Assembly (NCBI GenBank): GCA_964016885.1
Contig: OZ024743.1
Span: forward strand, 291,214,001-291,278,000
Source of the DNA: Eledone cirrhosa
Lineage: Eukaryota
Reading direction: 5' to 3'
DNA length: 64,000 nucleotides
The position numbers were made by a program, and so were the translations under genes. Positions 14,289-25,059 of the stretch are shown here, piece after piece. Numbering within the stretch: the first letter of the stretch is position 1; every line of letters starts with the position of its first letter. A model generated the notes under the pieces. It saw only the letters and a program-made list of their open reading frames with translations, had not been told where the DNA came from and did not search any database.

Positions 14289-16403
14289 TATCTAGAATTT
14301 CGTTTAGTCTTACAAGCGTTGTTATTGAACATCTGCGATAATTTCACAATTTTCGTTCTAAAGCTAACGAAGTTAACGAGCCAATTAGTAGATAGAAGAT
14401 ATTCATTTAATTTGAAATAATGTCGTGTACTTAATATGCTTTTGTTGTATAGTAACGGATAATTATCAACGCGCACTAAGAATCGATCACTGCATTCGTG
14501 CAACATTTAGACACCGATTAAGTTGTGATATGCAAGGGATTTCATAATACGCATTCAGACACGCACACGCACACACACAATATATTTACATGTTAGTGTG
14601 TGTATGTGTATGAGTGTGTTTGTCTATGCATACATAGTGAGCATAGGATTGTAGAATTATTACATAAACGATGGAATTGTTTTCAAACTGCATTCATTCA
14701 GTGCTTCTTTCACGTGTTTTAAATTAACAGAAAATATTTTTCCTTTTGTGATAATTCTTTATATTTTAAAATTTACTTTGGACACTGTTGATATATCTCC
14801 TATTGTAGGCCTTGTAGTCTAATGAACTGATAGTTAAGTATTTGCTCCAAACTGGTTACATTCCTGTTAATTAGTTAAGCCATTTTTTGGCCTATATATT
14901 AAGTTTCAGCATCTCGATTTAAGGTTTTGACTCTGTGACTGATAACGTACAAAAATTTCCTGCTAGAGATTATATATAAATTATAAATATAAATTCGTCA
15001 TTTAGTAATAAATAGAGGTGTTTGTTTTTCGGCTAGTTTTCTGTAAACCCAGTTTTGTGATGTTAACCATGTTTTGTCATATGGTAATAGAATAAATATT
15101 TTAAAATTTGAGGATGGTAATTTCGATTCATTTAACGACTTGTACACTAATATAATACTAATTATAGCCATATTTTCGATGAATAGTTAGCTTCTCATAT
15201 CTCGCTCTATTTCTTCACTCTCTTATTCATGAGAAGGTCGTAATTGTAGAGTTCTCAAACAGACTTTCAACCAGGATCTGTCAGAAGCAACTCTCTCTAA
15301 TTGAACTGTCTGGACACTCAAGCGCGACGAACTGAGCTCATGGATGTCTTGCAGCTACCTTGCTCGGTCTCCTGCCGGTTTTGCCCGTAAAATCTGGTGC
15401 AGTAATGCGCCAGAATCAGCGTTCGGACATCAGAAGAAGGGAGGTAGATGTAAATGCCACCTTTAATTCGGTATTTGTACCAACACATGTCTATGGTCAT
15501 AAATCATATTATGACCGAAATACCACGATCGCGAATACAATCTGCCGAAACGGGTAGCTCCATGCGGTCTATGGAGTAAGGTTACGCGATAGAATATGTA
15601 GCTCGGCGATCAGAGTCTCCCACCAGGTGGAAACCCGCTACATTTCCGATTTGAGGGATCAACACACTCATACTACCGATATGTGGTTAGAATGTCTAAG
15701 ATTAACATGTTTACCATTATACTTGTAGATGTGAATAACAATTATATAGTTAGCCGGATTAGGAATCAAATGGGTAAATTTATCTACGAATTATTTTTAT
15801 TTTGTTAGCAGTGATAGAAAATAGTTACATTTTGAATGGCTCTCGATACATGGGATTAACTATGTTTGTAGCATATTGATATTCTTTGTTTACTAACAGA
15901 AATAATCACATAATATATGCATACATCACATTTGTCAAGCCTTTAGGTTACTAGATTAGGTAGTGGGTAGGTAAAGGGTAGTATTTGTTCTGTGACTTGT
16001 CACATTTTAGCTAAGGTATTTACCCTGTGTTGTAATTGATGTGTAGATGTTGAATACTGTAAGAATTATAGTTTAGTGTGTCAGATTCGGAATACTTAGT
16101 AATAGTTATGACAGAAACAATTTATTAAACGATTTGCTGAAGTAATATGTCCTTGTTGCTCTGTGTGCATTAATTTGTTGCAACGTTGGTTGCTTCTGGA
16201 TGTAGTGAATCATTGTATGCATGCTTTTTATTTGCCAAGCAGATGGTAGATAAAATGAATACATAATGCAGATATGGTAATAGGTCAGAGATCATATTGA
16301 TAGACATACACAAATAGACCGGACGCACACATACACACTCACACACATACATACACAGGCACAGATACACAGTCACACACACTCATATATATATATATAT
16401 ATG

Positions 16404-16836
16404 GGTAAACGGAAAAGAAAATGCTGACGAATTGTTCACAGTGAAAAATAGTTTAATTAGGAATAAGTGAGAATTAGTAATAGTATTGGTTAGTATTCAG
16501 TTTTGGTTTTAAGTTTTACCGGTTGCGCATTTCTAATGCTTTTCAAAAATTATTTTGAGATAGAGCGTCCGTGATGTTTGCTCGGATTTAAAAGTATTTT
16601 GAAGACCTTTACTTCTTTTGTCAGCAAACAAAATGAGATAAGCTGACAGATCTCTGTTTCGTACATCACGGACGCTCTATCTCAAAATTATTTTTGAAAA
16701 GCATTAGAAATACGCAACCGGTAAAACTTAAAACCAAAACTGAATACTAACCGATACTATTACTAATTCTCACTTATTCCTAATTAAACTATTTTTCACT
16801 GTGAACAATTTGTCAGCATTGTATTTTCCGTTTACC
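16404..16836. repeat. inverted repeat, ~174-bp arms, ~85-bp spacer containing a reverse-strand HHR 3' half
   Basis: ggtaaacggaaaa...gagcgtccgtgatgt / acatcacggacgctc...ttttccgtttacc; spacer contains the reverse complement of GTACGAAACAGAGATCTGTCAGCTTA. Confidence 0.9.
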
Positions 16837-16873
16837 AATACATCATAACTTGTGTGTTACACCTCTATTCTTT

Positions 16874-16951
<78 letters not shown>

Positions 16952-16959
16952 TGTATATA

Positions 16960-17650
16960 TTAGAATTGGTACTCTGATATAGCGATATATATAAACATGT
17001 TTATATAGTGTATTTTGCAACACACAGTATGCTTAATTAAAAGCATTTGAAACAATAGCGTAAGATCTTCAAGATGCTTTTAATTAAGCATACAGTGTAT
17101 TGCAAAATACACTATATATACATTCATCTATATATCGCTATTTCAGTGCACCAATTCTAATTTTCAATTTTTGCTGGACCGGCAACTGCTCTGTATAATC
17201 AGTTCCTGAATATTACTGGAATTCTATAAGAATCCAACATTCATAATTTTTAGGAGGGAAAACGAGTACTAAGCTCTGAGGAGTACCAACAGTACGAAAC
17301 AGAGATCTGTCAGCTTATCTCCCTTTGTTTGCTGAAAAAAGAAGTAAAGGTCTTCAAAATACTTTTAATTAAGCATACATTGTATTGCAAAATACACTAT
17401 ATATACATATATATATATATATCGCTATTTCAGAGGACCAATTCTAATGTTCAATGTTTGCTGGACAGGGAACTGCTGTCTATAATTAGTTCCTGCTTAT
17501 TACTGGGATTCTATAAGAATCCAACATTCATCATTTTCAGCAGGCAAAGGGAGTGCTAAGTAAGTGACATAGTCACTACTTTGTAACAATAGCGTAAGGT
17601 GTTCAAAATGCTTTTAATTAAGCATACATTGTATTGCCAAATACACTATA
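16960..17650 (+). repeat. ~285-bp HHR-bearing repeat (family F1): short inverted copy plus partial tandem copies
   Basis: ttttaattaagcataca...aaatacactatatat recurs at ~17078, ~17363 and ~17612, and inverted at 16960-17048. Confidence 0.8.
17270..17317 (+). ncRNA. type I hammerhead ribozyme F1 (canonical, GUC site after 17311)
   Basis: TAAGCT-CTGAGGA-GTAC(CAACA)GTAC-GAAA-CAGAGATCTG-TC-AGCTTA; all three helices pair and the core matches consensus. Confidence 0.93.
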
Positions 17651-17660
17651 TATATATATA

Positions 17661-17721
<61 letters not shown>

Positions 17722-17771
17722 ATAAGGGTGAAAGCAGCGATTCTTTGCTTAAACTTTAATCTGTTATTTTA

Positions 17772-17827
<56 letters not shown>

Positions 17828-17890
17828 CGTAAAATAAGAAAATACTTTTTAAAAAAATAAAAAAAAAATTGTTTACTTACTTAAATGTTC

Positions 17891-17972
17891 ACTCCAACTA
17901 ATTAGTTTCTGCAATGGGATAAAGACAGTTACGCAATCCAACTGTCGAGAATTCATTGCGTCATCAGGGAGT
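17891..17972 (-). ncRNA. type I hammerhead F2
   Basis: ACTCC-CTGATGA-C-GCAATG..GACAGTT..AACTGTC..CATTGC-A-GAAA-CTAATTAG-TT-GGAGT on minus strand. Confidence 0.85.
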
Positions 17973-18651
17973 CTATTCTCAGCTAAGTCTCCAGGCAATG
18001 CGCGGACACTGGCGGCTCATATAAAAATAATAATAATTCGGTAGATAGAACAGCTGGTGAGGACTGGATTCCATGTACTGAAATTCTCACTGCTTCTAGT
18101 CAAATGGCCGATTCTAAAGAATCAATCACGTGACACAGAGGCTAGTTAGAAGGAATGGGATGGTAAGATGACTGACGCCTACTAACACGCCAAAAAATTT
18201 AGAAGTGGTTTTGGCAGGTTTGCTCGACAAATCAGTGATTTGGAGGTAAATATAGATAATTTAATATATCAACTAACATAAGCGCACAGATGCACGTCCA
18301 TGCCAGCAAATACACAGGTTATGTCATAGTACCTAGGTGGTTCAATGCAGGAGGATGCAGAACAATAATATAAAAGACGTAACATAAGAAAAATATTTTT
18401 TTTTTAAATTTTTTACCACTTCTAAATTTTTTGGGGTGTTAGTAGGCGTCAGTCATCTTACCATCCCATTCCTTCTAACTAGCCTATGTGTCACGTGATT
18501 GATTCTTTAGAATCGGCCATTTGACTAGAAGCAGTGAGAATTTCATTACATGGAATCCAGTCCTCGCCAGCTGTTCTATCTACCGAATTATTATTATTTT
18601 TATATGAGCCGCCAGTGTCCGCGCATTGCCTGGAGACTTAGCTGAGAATAG

Positions 18652-18733
18652 ACTCCCTGATGACGCAATGAATTCTCGACAGTTGGATTGCGTAACCATC
18701 TTTATCCCATTGCAGAAACTAATTAGTTGGAGT
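18652..18733 (+). ncRNA. type I hammerhead F2 (distal stem II hairpin partly mutated)
   Basis: same motif; AACTGTC reads AACCATC here. Confidence 0.8.
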
Positions 18734-19205
18734 GAAAATTTAAGTAAGTAAGTAAAAAATGTTTAAAAAATCTTTTTTAAAAATATTTTCTTGTTTTACG
18801 TCTTTTATATTATTGTTCTGCATCCTCCTGCATTGAACCACCTAGGTACTATGACATAACCTGTGTATTTGCTGGCATGGACGTGCATCTGTGCGTTTAT
18901 GTTAGTTGATATATTAAATTATCTATATTTATCTCCAAATCACTGATTTGTCGAGCAAACCTGCCAAAACCACTTCTAAATTGTTTGGCGTGTTAGTACG
19001 CGTCAGTCATCTTACCATCCCATTCCTTCTAACTAGCCTCTGTGTCACGTGATTGATTCTTTAGAATCGGCCATTTGACTAGAAGCAGTGAGAATTTCAG
19101 TACATGGAATCCAGTCCTCACCAGCTGTTCTATCTACCGAATTATTATTATTTTTATATGAGCCGCCAGTGTCCGCGCATTGCCTGGAGACTTAGCTGAG
19201 AATAG

Positions 19206-19287
19206 ACTCCCTGATGACGCAATGAATTCTCGACAGTTGGATTGCGTAACTGTCTTTATCCCATTGCAGAAACTAATTAGTTGGAGT
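19206..19287 (+). ncRNA. type I hammerhead F2
   Basis: same motif, intact. Confidence 0.85.
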
Positions 19288-19472
19288 GAAAATTTAAGTA
19301 AGTAAGTAAACAATTTTTTAAAAATTTTTTAAAAAGTATTTTCTTATTTTACGTTTTTTATATTATTGTTCTGCATCCTCCTGCATTGAACCACCTAGGT
19401 ACTATGACATAACCTGTGTATTTGCTGGCATGGACGTGCATCTGTGCGCTTATGTTAGTTGATATATTAAAT

Positions 19473-19549
<77 letters not shown>

Positions 19550-19735
19550 TTATTAATACAATAACAGAGATAGCTTAACGCTAAACTCCGACTGGTAACC
19601 ATCTCACTCAACAAACATTAGGTTATATGTTAGTATAACCCAATTTAAGTGTTTGGAGTGCTAACTATATGTATCTTGTGGAAAGCCAGTTGTATTATTT
19701 TATGAGATATAATTAAAGTTAAAATATATCTCTCT

Positions 19736-19860
19736 TTCCAAACAATTGTTTCATTATAAGTTTTCTACAAGTTGGGAGAATTTTTCCAGTTTATGTAGAA
19801 GCCTAACATATATTCATGTAAGAATATATTTAGGTGGGTACTTATAAATCTTCAGTGGAA
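19736..19860 (-). ncRNA. type I hammerhead F3 with branched stem II
   Basis: TTCCA-CTGAAGA-T-TTATAAGT-[two hairpins]-ACTTATAA-T-GAAA-CAATTG-TT-TGGAA. Confidence 0.8.
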
Positions 19861-20738
19861 GCCCATTAAACTTTGAAATAAGAAAAAATTCTTACCGCAG
19901 TTAAAAATCGTGTCCGCTAAGCTGCTCCTTCACGCATCGAATCACCGCCAAATTTGAAATTCCAGCAGTCTTTTGACTGGGGAAGTTTCATAGCGTCACG
20001 AAGCGGGAAAGGGAGACAACCACGACACGAGAAAAGAAAAAAATAATATACACTCGGGTTAATTAGTTTTTTTCAAAAACATTATCAATCCAACGTGTTA
20101 AGAACTCAATTGAAATTAAAAAAATAAATGTATGCGTGTATTAATTACACACTCATATAGATATTTTCTTAGGCTAAAAACAGAGGTGATACCAAAATAA
20201 CAAACCACATCACATCACCGCAGCAAATACTGAAGGTTACGCTTTAAATGCAATTGGGAATGTAAATCTCTGGCCAAATTAAGAGGAAAATATTTAATAC
20301 ACGCGGTTTAATTAGTTATTTAAAACTATTATCTATTCCACGTGTTAAGAACTCAATTAACTTAAACAAATAAATGTGTGCATGTAATTATTTACACACG
20401 CATATATATATTTTCCTAGGCTAAAAGCAGAGAAGTGACAACCAAAAAACCTCCATATCTCACAACAGTAACAAATACAGAAAGTCATGTTTATAAGGTA
20501 CCTGGAAATAAGTACCTCTGGCCAAATCAATTCTAACATAATTAATACAATAACAGAGATAGCTAAACGCTCAACTCCGACTGGTAACCATCTCACTCAA
20601 CAAACATTAGGTTATATGTAACCTATATATAACCTATATATAACCCAATTTAAGTGTTTGGGGTGCTAACTATATGTATTTTGTGGAAAGCCAGTTGTAT
20701 TATTTTATGAGATATAATTAAAGTTAAAATATATCTCT

Positions 20739-20863
20739 TTCCAAACAATTGTTTCATTATAAGTTTTCTACAAGTTGGGAGAATTTTTCCAATTTATGTA
20801 GAAGCCAAACATATATTCATTTAAGAATATATTTAGGTGGGCACTTATAAATCTTCAGTGAAA
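20739..20863 (-). ncRNA. type I hammerhead F3, second copy
   Basis: same; stem I TTTCA/TGGAA keeps pairing through a G-U. Confidence 0.78.
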
Positions 20864-21129
20864 GCCCATTAAACTTTGAAATAAGAAAAAAATTATTACC
20901 GCAGTTAAAAGTCGTGTCCGCTAAGCTGCTCCTTCACGCATCGAATGACCGCCAAATTTGAAATTCCAGCAGTCTTTTGACTGAGGAAGTTTCATAGCGT
21001 CCCGAAGCGGGAAAGGGAGACAACCACGACACGAGAAAAGAAAAAAAATAATATACACTCGGGTTAATTAGTTTTTTTCAAAAACACCAATCCATATATA
21101 TATATATATATATATCAATGATATTAATA

Positions 21130-22400
21130 AATGGAAACTATATTTATAAAACCATATTATTCTATTATATATATTTCAAGGGTACCAAAATATTTTGCAA
21201 AATAAATTGCAAAGTTAGTTTTATGAATATTGACATATCCAGGAAGGAGATCTCACGTTTTTCCTGGATAGTAAAAGGAAAGAGGGGAAAGAGAAGAAAA
21301 GTCGATTATTTCAAATTATTAAGATGAAATTATTTTTATACGTTAGGTAGATTTAAATAATTATTAGGATATATATATATATATATGTATGTGTAGGAAG
21401 AAGAAAGAGGAAGAAAGAAAAGCTTGTATTTACGTGAATTTAAAAAGAATTAACAGTTTGTAGGAATAGTGGAATATGATTCCAGAATTAAAAAAATATA
21501 TATATATTTAGCTATGTTATGAGTAATAATAATATGTTATAATCAATTAGATTATATGAAGAATTATGATTGTAAGTACATTTTATCCTATTATATTGCA
21601 ACAGGCTGTAAGTATATAAATATCTATATAGATTATAGTGTGCAAGTATAAGTATTATTGGTGATTTTATCGAAATAAAACACACGTATTAAATGTTTAC
21701 ATTTTTAATATGAGTTACAAAGATGGTTTTACGATGATGGTTTTACATTTTACATAAATATTTAAGTAAAAGACGTAGTTCAAATTGTAAGAGAAGAACA
21801 ATTTGTAGATTCAAATATTTTCATCCAACATAATCAGAAAATTATTAATTTAGCGAAATTATATAATTTATCGTACAAGTTATTTTGTGTATGTTTGCTC
21901 AATTGTAAAGGTGACGATAACTCCAATACTATTTGTAACCATTAAATTTTATGAATGATTTTCTTAGAAAGTATGTAGAGAAAATTAAATCTTATTTTGT
22001 GTGAGATTATAAGGTATTTTAAATTAAATGTTTTTCAAGGATAATAATTTCAATTATATTATCTATGTCGAAAGATGTGTGAACAGTTTGAAGATTAAAG
22101 AGAGGAAAAAAGTATTATTAGATAAGTCAAGAGTGCATTTAGAAGAATTAGCGTAAAGACGATATATTTCAGAATGTCAATTTAAAAGTATCGATCTAAA
22201 AAATATATATAAATCTATTAAAAAATATAAATATGAACAAATAGATTTAGAAGAGTATCATTAGGGAAAGAATATCAATTTGGTAAAAATACTAAATTTA
22301 AGAAGGAAGATCAATTAAAAAATGTTAAATGATTTAAGGAAAACCTCAGTAAGTAGCAGGACCATTTTAATGGTGTATAAAATGTAGTCAAGTGTAATGA
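21130..22400 (+). pseudogene. possible very decayed PLE RT-EN relic
   Basis: IATGCK (21595) and in-frame WFYDDGF (21724) resemble RT motifs B and C; NYIIYVERC at ~22052 resembles a GIY-YIG start; otherwise riddled with stops. Confidence 0.35.
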
Positions 22401-22638
22401 ATATTATAGATTAAGATATATATATATAAATATAAGTATGTATACTACATAAATATATATGTATACAGACGTACAGTAGTATGTATATACATACATGTAC
22501 ACATATATATATATCTACGTATGGGTTTACCGAACATTTATTATAATGCTCGGTTTGTTTGTAAATAAATAGGCCGAATTATTAGCCGTACAGTGTTCGG
22601 CACCCATCGTTGACATTTTGTTCAACACTGACAGAGGA

Positions 22639-22681
22639 ACAATGGACTAGTTTCTAGCTTATTAGATGTCATCAGCACCGT
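22639..22681 (-). ncRNA. minimal type I hammerhead F4 (GUC)
   Basis: ACGGTG-CTGATGA-C-ATCT(AATA)AGCT-A-GAAA-CTAG-TC-CATTGT. Confidence 0.8.
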
Positions 22682-23087
22682 ATACCTCCTTCCTGTTAGA
22701 TGATTGAACGTTTTGAAAGCATATACTTTTCTTAGGCATATTAGCAGCTTAGTAGCCTAATTTGCATATCGAGTGAGTTAGTCAGCCGGGCGTACCGAAA
22801 ACGATAAATGGAAAAAATGAAATTTCATTTCTCACTCTTAGTACCGCTGATACTTAAATATAAGTACATACATATATGTATGCAGATGTACAATAGTATG
22901 TATATACATACACACACACACACACACATATTTATATATATATATATATATATATATGTTTGTGTACGAATGGGTTTACCGAACATTTATTATAATGCCC
23001 GGTTTGTTTGTAAATAAACAGCCCGAATTATTAGCCGTACAGTGTTCGGCAACCATCATTGCCATTTTGTTCAACACTGACAAAGGA

Positions 23088-23130
23088 ACGATGAACTAGT
23101 TTCTTGATTATTAGCTGTCATCAGCACCGT
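23088..23130 (-). ncRNA. minimal type I hammerhead F4 (GUU; stem II damaged)
   Basis: ACGGTG-CTGATGA-CAGCTAATAATCAA-GAAA-CTAG-TT-CATCGT. Confidence 0.7.
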
Positions 23131-23459
23131 ATACCTTCCTGTCAGATGATTGAACGACTGAAAGTATATATTTTCCTCATGCATATTCATGGCTGAGTAG
23201 CCTAATTTGCATTTCGAGTGAGTTAGTCGGCCGGGCGTACCGAAAATGATAAATGGAAAAAATGAAATTTTATTTCTCACTCTTAGTACGGCTGATACTT
23301 AAATATAAGTATGTATGCGTACATACATATATGTATACAGACGTACAGTACTATATATATGAACATATATATATGTACGTAAGGGTTTATCTGGCTACTC
23401 AGCCGTTAATATGCATAAGTATATACTTATAAACGTTCAATCATCTGACAGGAAGGTAT

Positions 23460-23502
23460 ACGGTGCTGATGACAGCTAATAAGCTAGAAACTATTTCATC
23501 GT
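23460..23502 (+). ncRNA. minimal type I hammerhead F4 (stem II perfect, stem III mutated)
   Basis: ACGGTG-CTGATGA-C-AGCT(AATA)AGCT-A-GAAA-CTAT-TT-CATCGT. Confidence 0.72.
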
Positions 23503-23805
23503 TCCTTTGTCAGTGTTGATCAAAATGTCAACGATAGTTGCCGAACACCGTACGGCTAATAATTCGGGCTGTTTGTTTACAAACAAACCGAGCATTATAG
23601 TAAATGTTCGGTAAACCCATACGTACATATATATATGTGTGCATGTATGTATATACATACTACTGTACGTCTGTATAGATATATGTATGTACGTATACAT
23701 ACTTATATTTAAGTATCAGCCGTACTAAGAGTGAGAAATGAAATTTCATTTTTTCCATATATATATACATACATACATACATACATACATACATACATAC
23801 ATACA

Positions 23806-23880
<75 letters not shown>

Positions 23881-25013
23881 TATAAAGTATGTCCATAGAA
23901 TCATTTGATAATATATATACATCATTTCTTCTCCCAATTAGCATAATTAACCACAAAAAAATCAATTAGACCAGGCTATATGATTAAAAGGCACCTATGA
24001 AGAAATAGAATATGAATAAACGATAGAAATTGATAGCAAGCATATACATATATGAATATTATTCATCATAATAGTGATAAAGATAATATCATTATTAAGT
24101 TGAGTATTTAAACTTTGTTGAATAGTTAGAAGCTCAATGCAATAACTTAATATTTTACATATTAATCCGTTGTCTATCGATATGCAAAAATAAACTGTGA
24201 GAAAGCGGGCATGAAACCCACTCCTGAGGATCAAATTATATAACTCTGAATACATTTTTAAATGATTTTTTTAGTAGAATGAAGTTGATCTTTGAAATTT
24301 TAAATTTAATAATGTTGAGGTTTATTAAATTATAATTCTATGATCCCGATACGAAGTTTAGGTCGTCTGAAACATATTTTAGCCTGAAAGTGCATTGATA
24401 CTTTGGTGCATGTTTTCAATAGTATATTGCGCAAAGAAGACACAATAAAATAAACAAACAAGCAAATAAATAAATAAATATATAGACAGACTGAATAAAA
24501 ATGGCGTAGACATACAATACAACAGGAGGAAAATATAGCACCACTGACGATGTTGCAGATGTGCAACGAAAGCTTTATGATAAACTATATATATGTGTTT
24601 GTGTCTATATTGTATCTGTATTATTTTGACCGCCGGTCAGTCAATGGCAACATTGAGGACCGATTATATTAGATTACCGATATAAAAGACAGAAGCGAGA
24701 AGCGAAAACCAACCAAACAGTGAGTGTGTTCTGTTATTAATTCTGGCAATATTACACAAATATGACCCTCCCCAAGTATAACAATATATATATATATATA
24801 TTGATATGTGTGTGTGTGTATGTGTCAATAATACAGAAGTTTATTTATAATGATTCAAATATTGATTACTCAATCTCAAGTCTGTCATTATGATTTCTAA
24901 TGAATGAAACAGTTCTAGTCCTGTAGAATCTCATCTATATTAAAACTGTTATACTCTACTATGTATTGAGTACCTTACTTACTGTGGTTACCTCCGATTC
25001 AACCCGGAATAAC

Positions 25014-25057
<44 letters not shown>

Positions 25058-25059
<2 letters not shown>

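Larger units (their letters stand above)
17821..19474. mobile_element. ~555-bp HHR repeat (family F2): one unit on - then ~2 units on +, between (TA)n tracts
   Basis: unit identity with the 51-56.6 kb array; inversion junction at ~18415. Confidence 0.9.
19552..21086 (-). mobile_element. ~1003-bp HHR repeat (family F3), ~1.5 tandem units
   Basis: taatacaataacagagatagc at ~19554 and ~20543; identical HHR blocks 1003 bp apart; flanked by (TA)n. Confidence 0.88.
22428..23757. mobile_element. ~450-bp HHR repeat (family F4): two tandem units on - plus one rearranged inverted unit on +
   Basis: gggtttaccgaacatttattataatg...ccgggcgtaccgaaa recurs at 22.5 and 23.0 kb; reverse complement at 23393-23757. 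Confidence 0.88.

Noticed and set aside
14033-14506. Poly-Leu / poly-Glu ORFs
   Set aside because: Artefact of the (GAA)n tract
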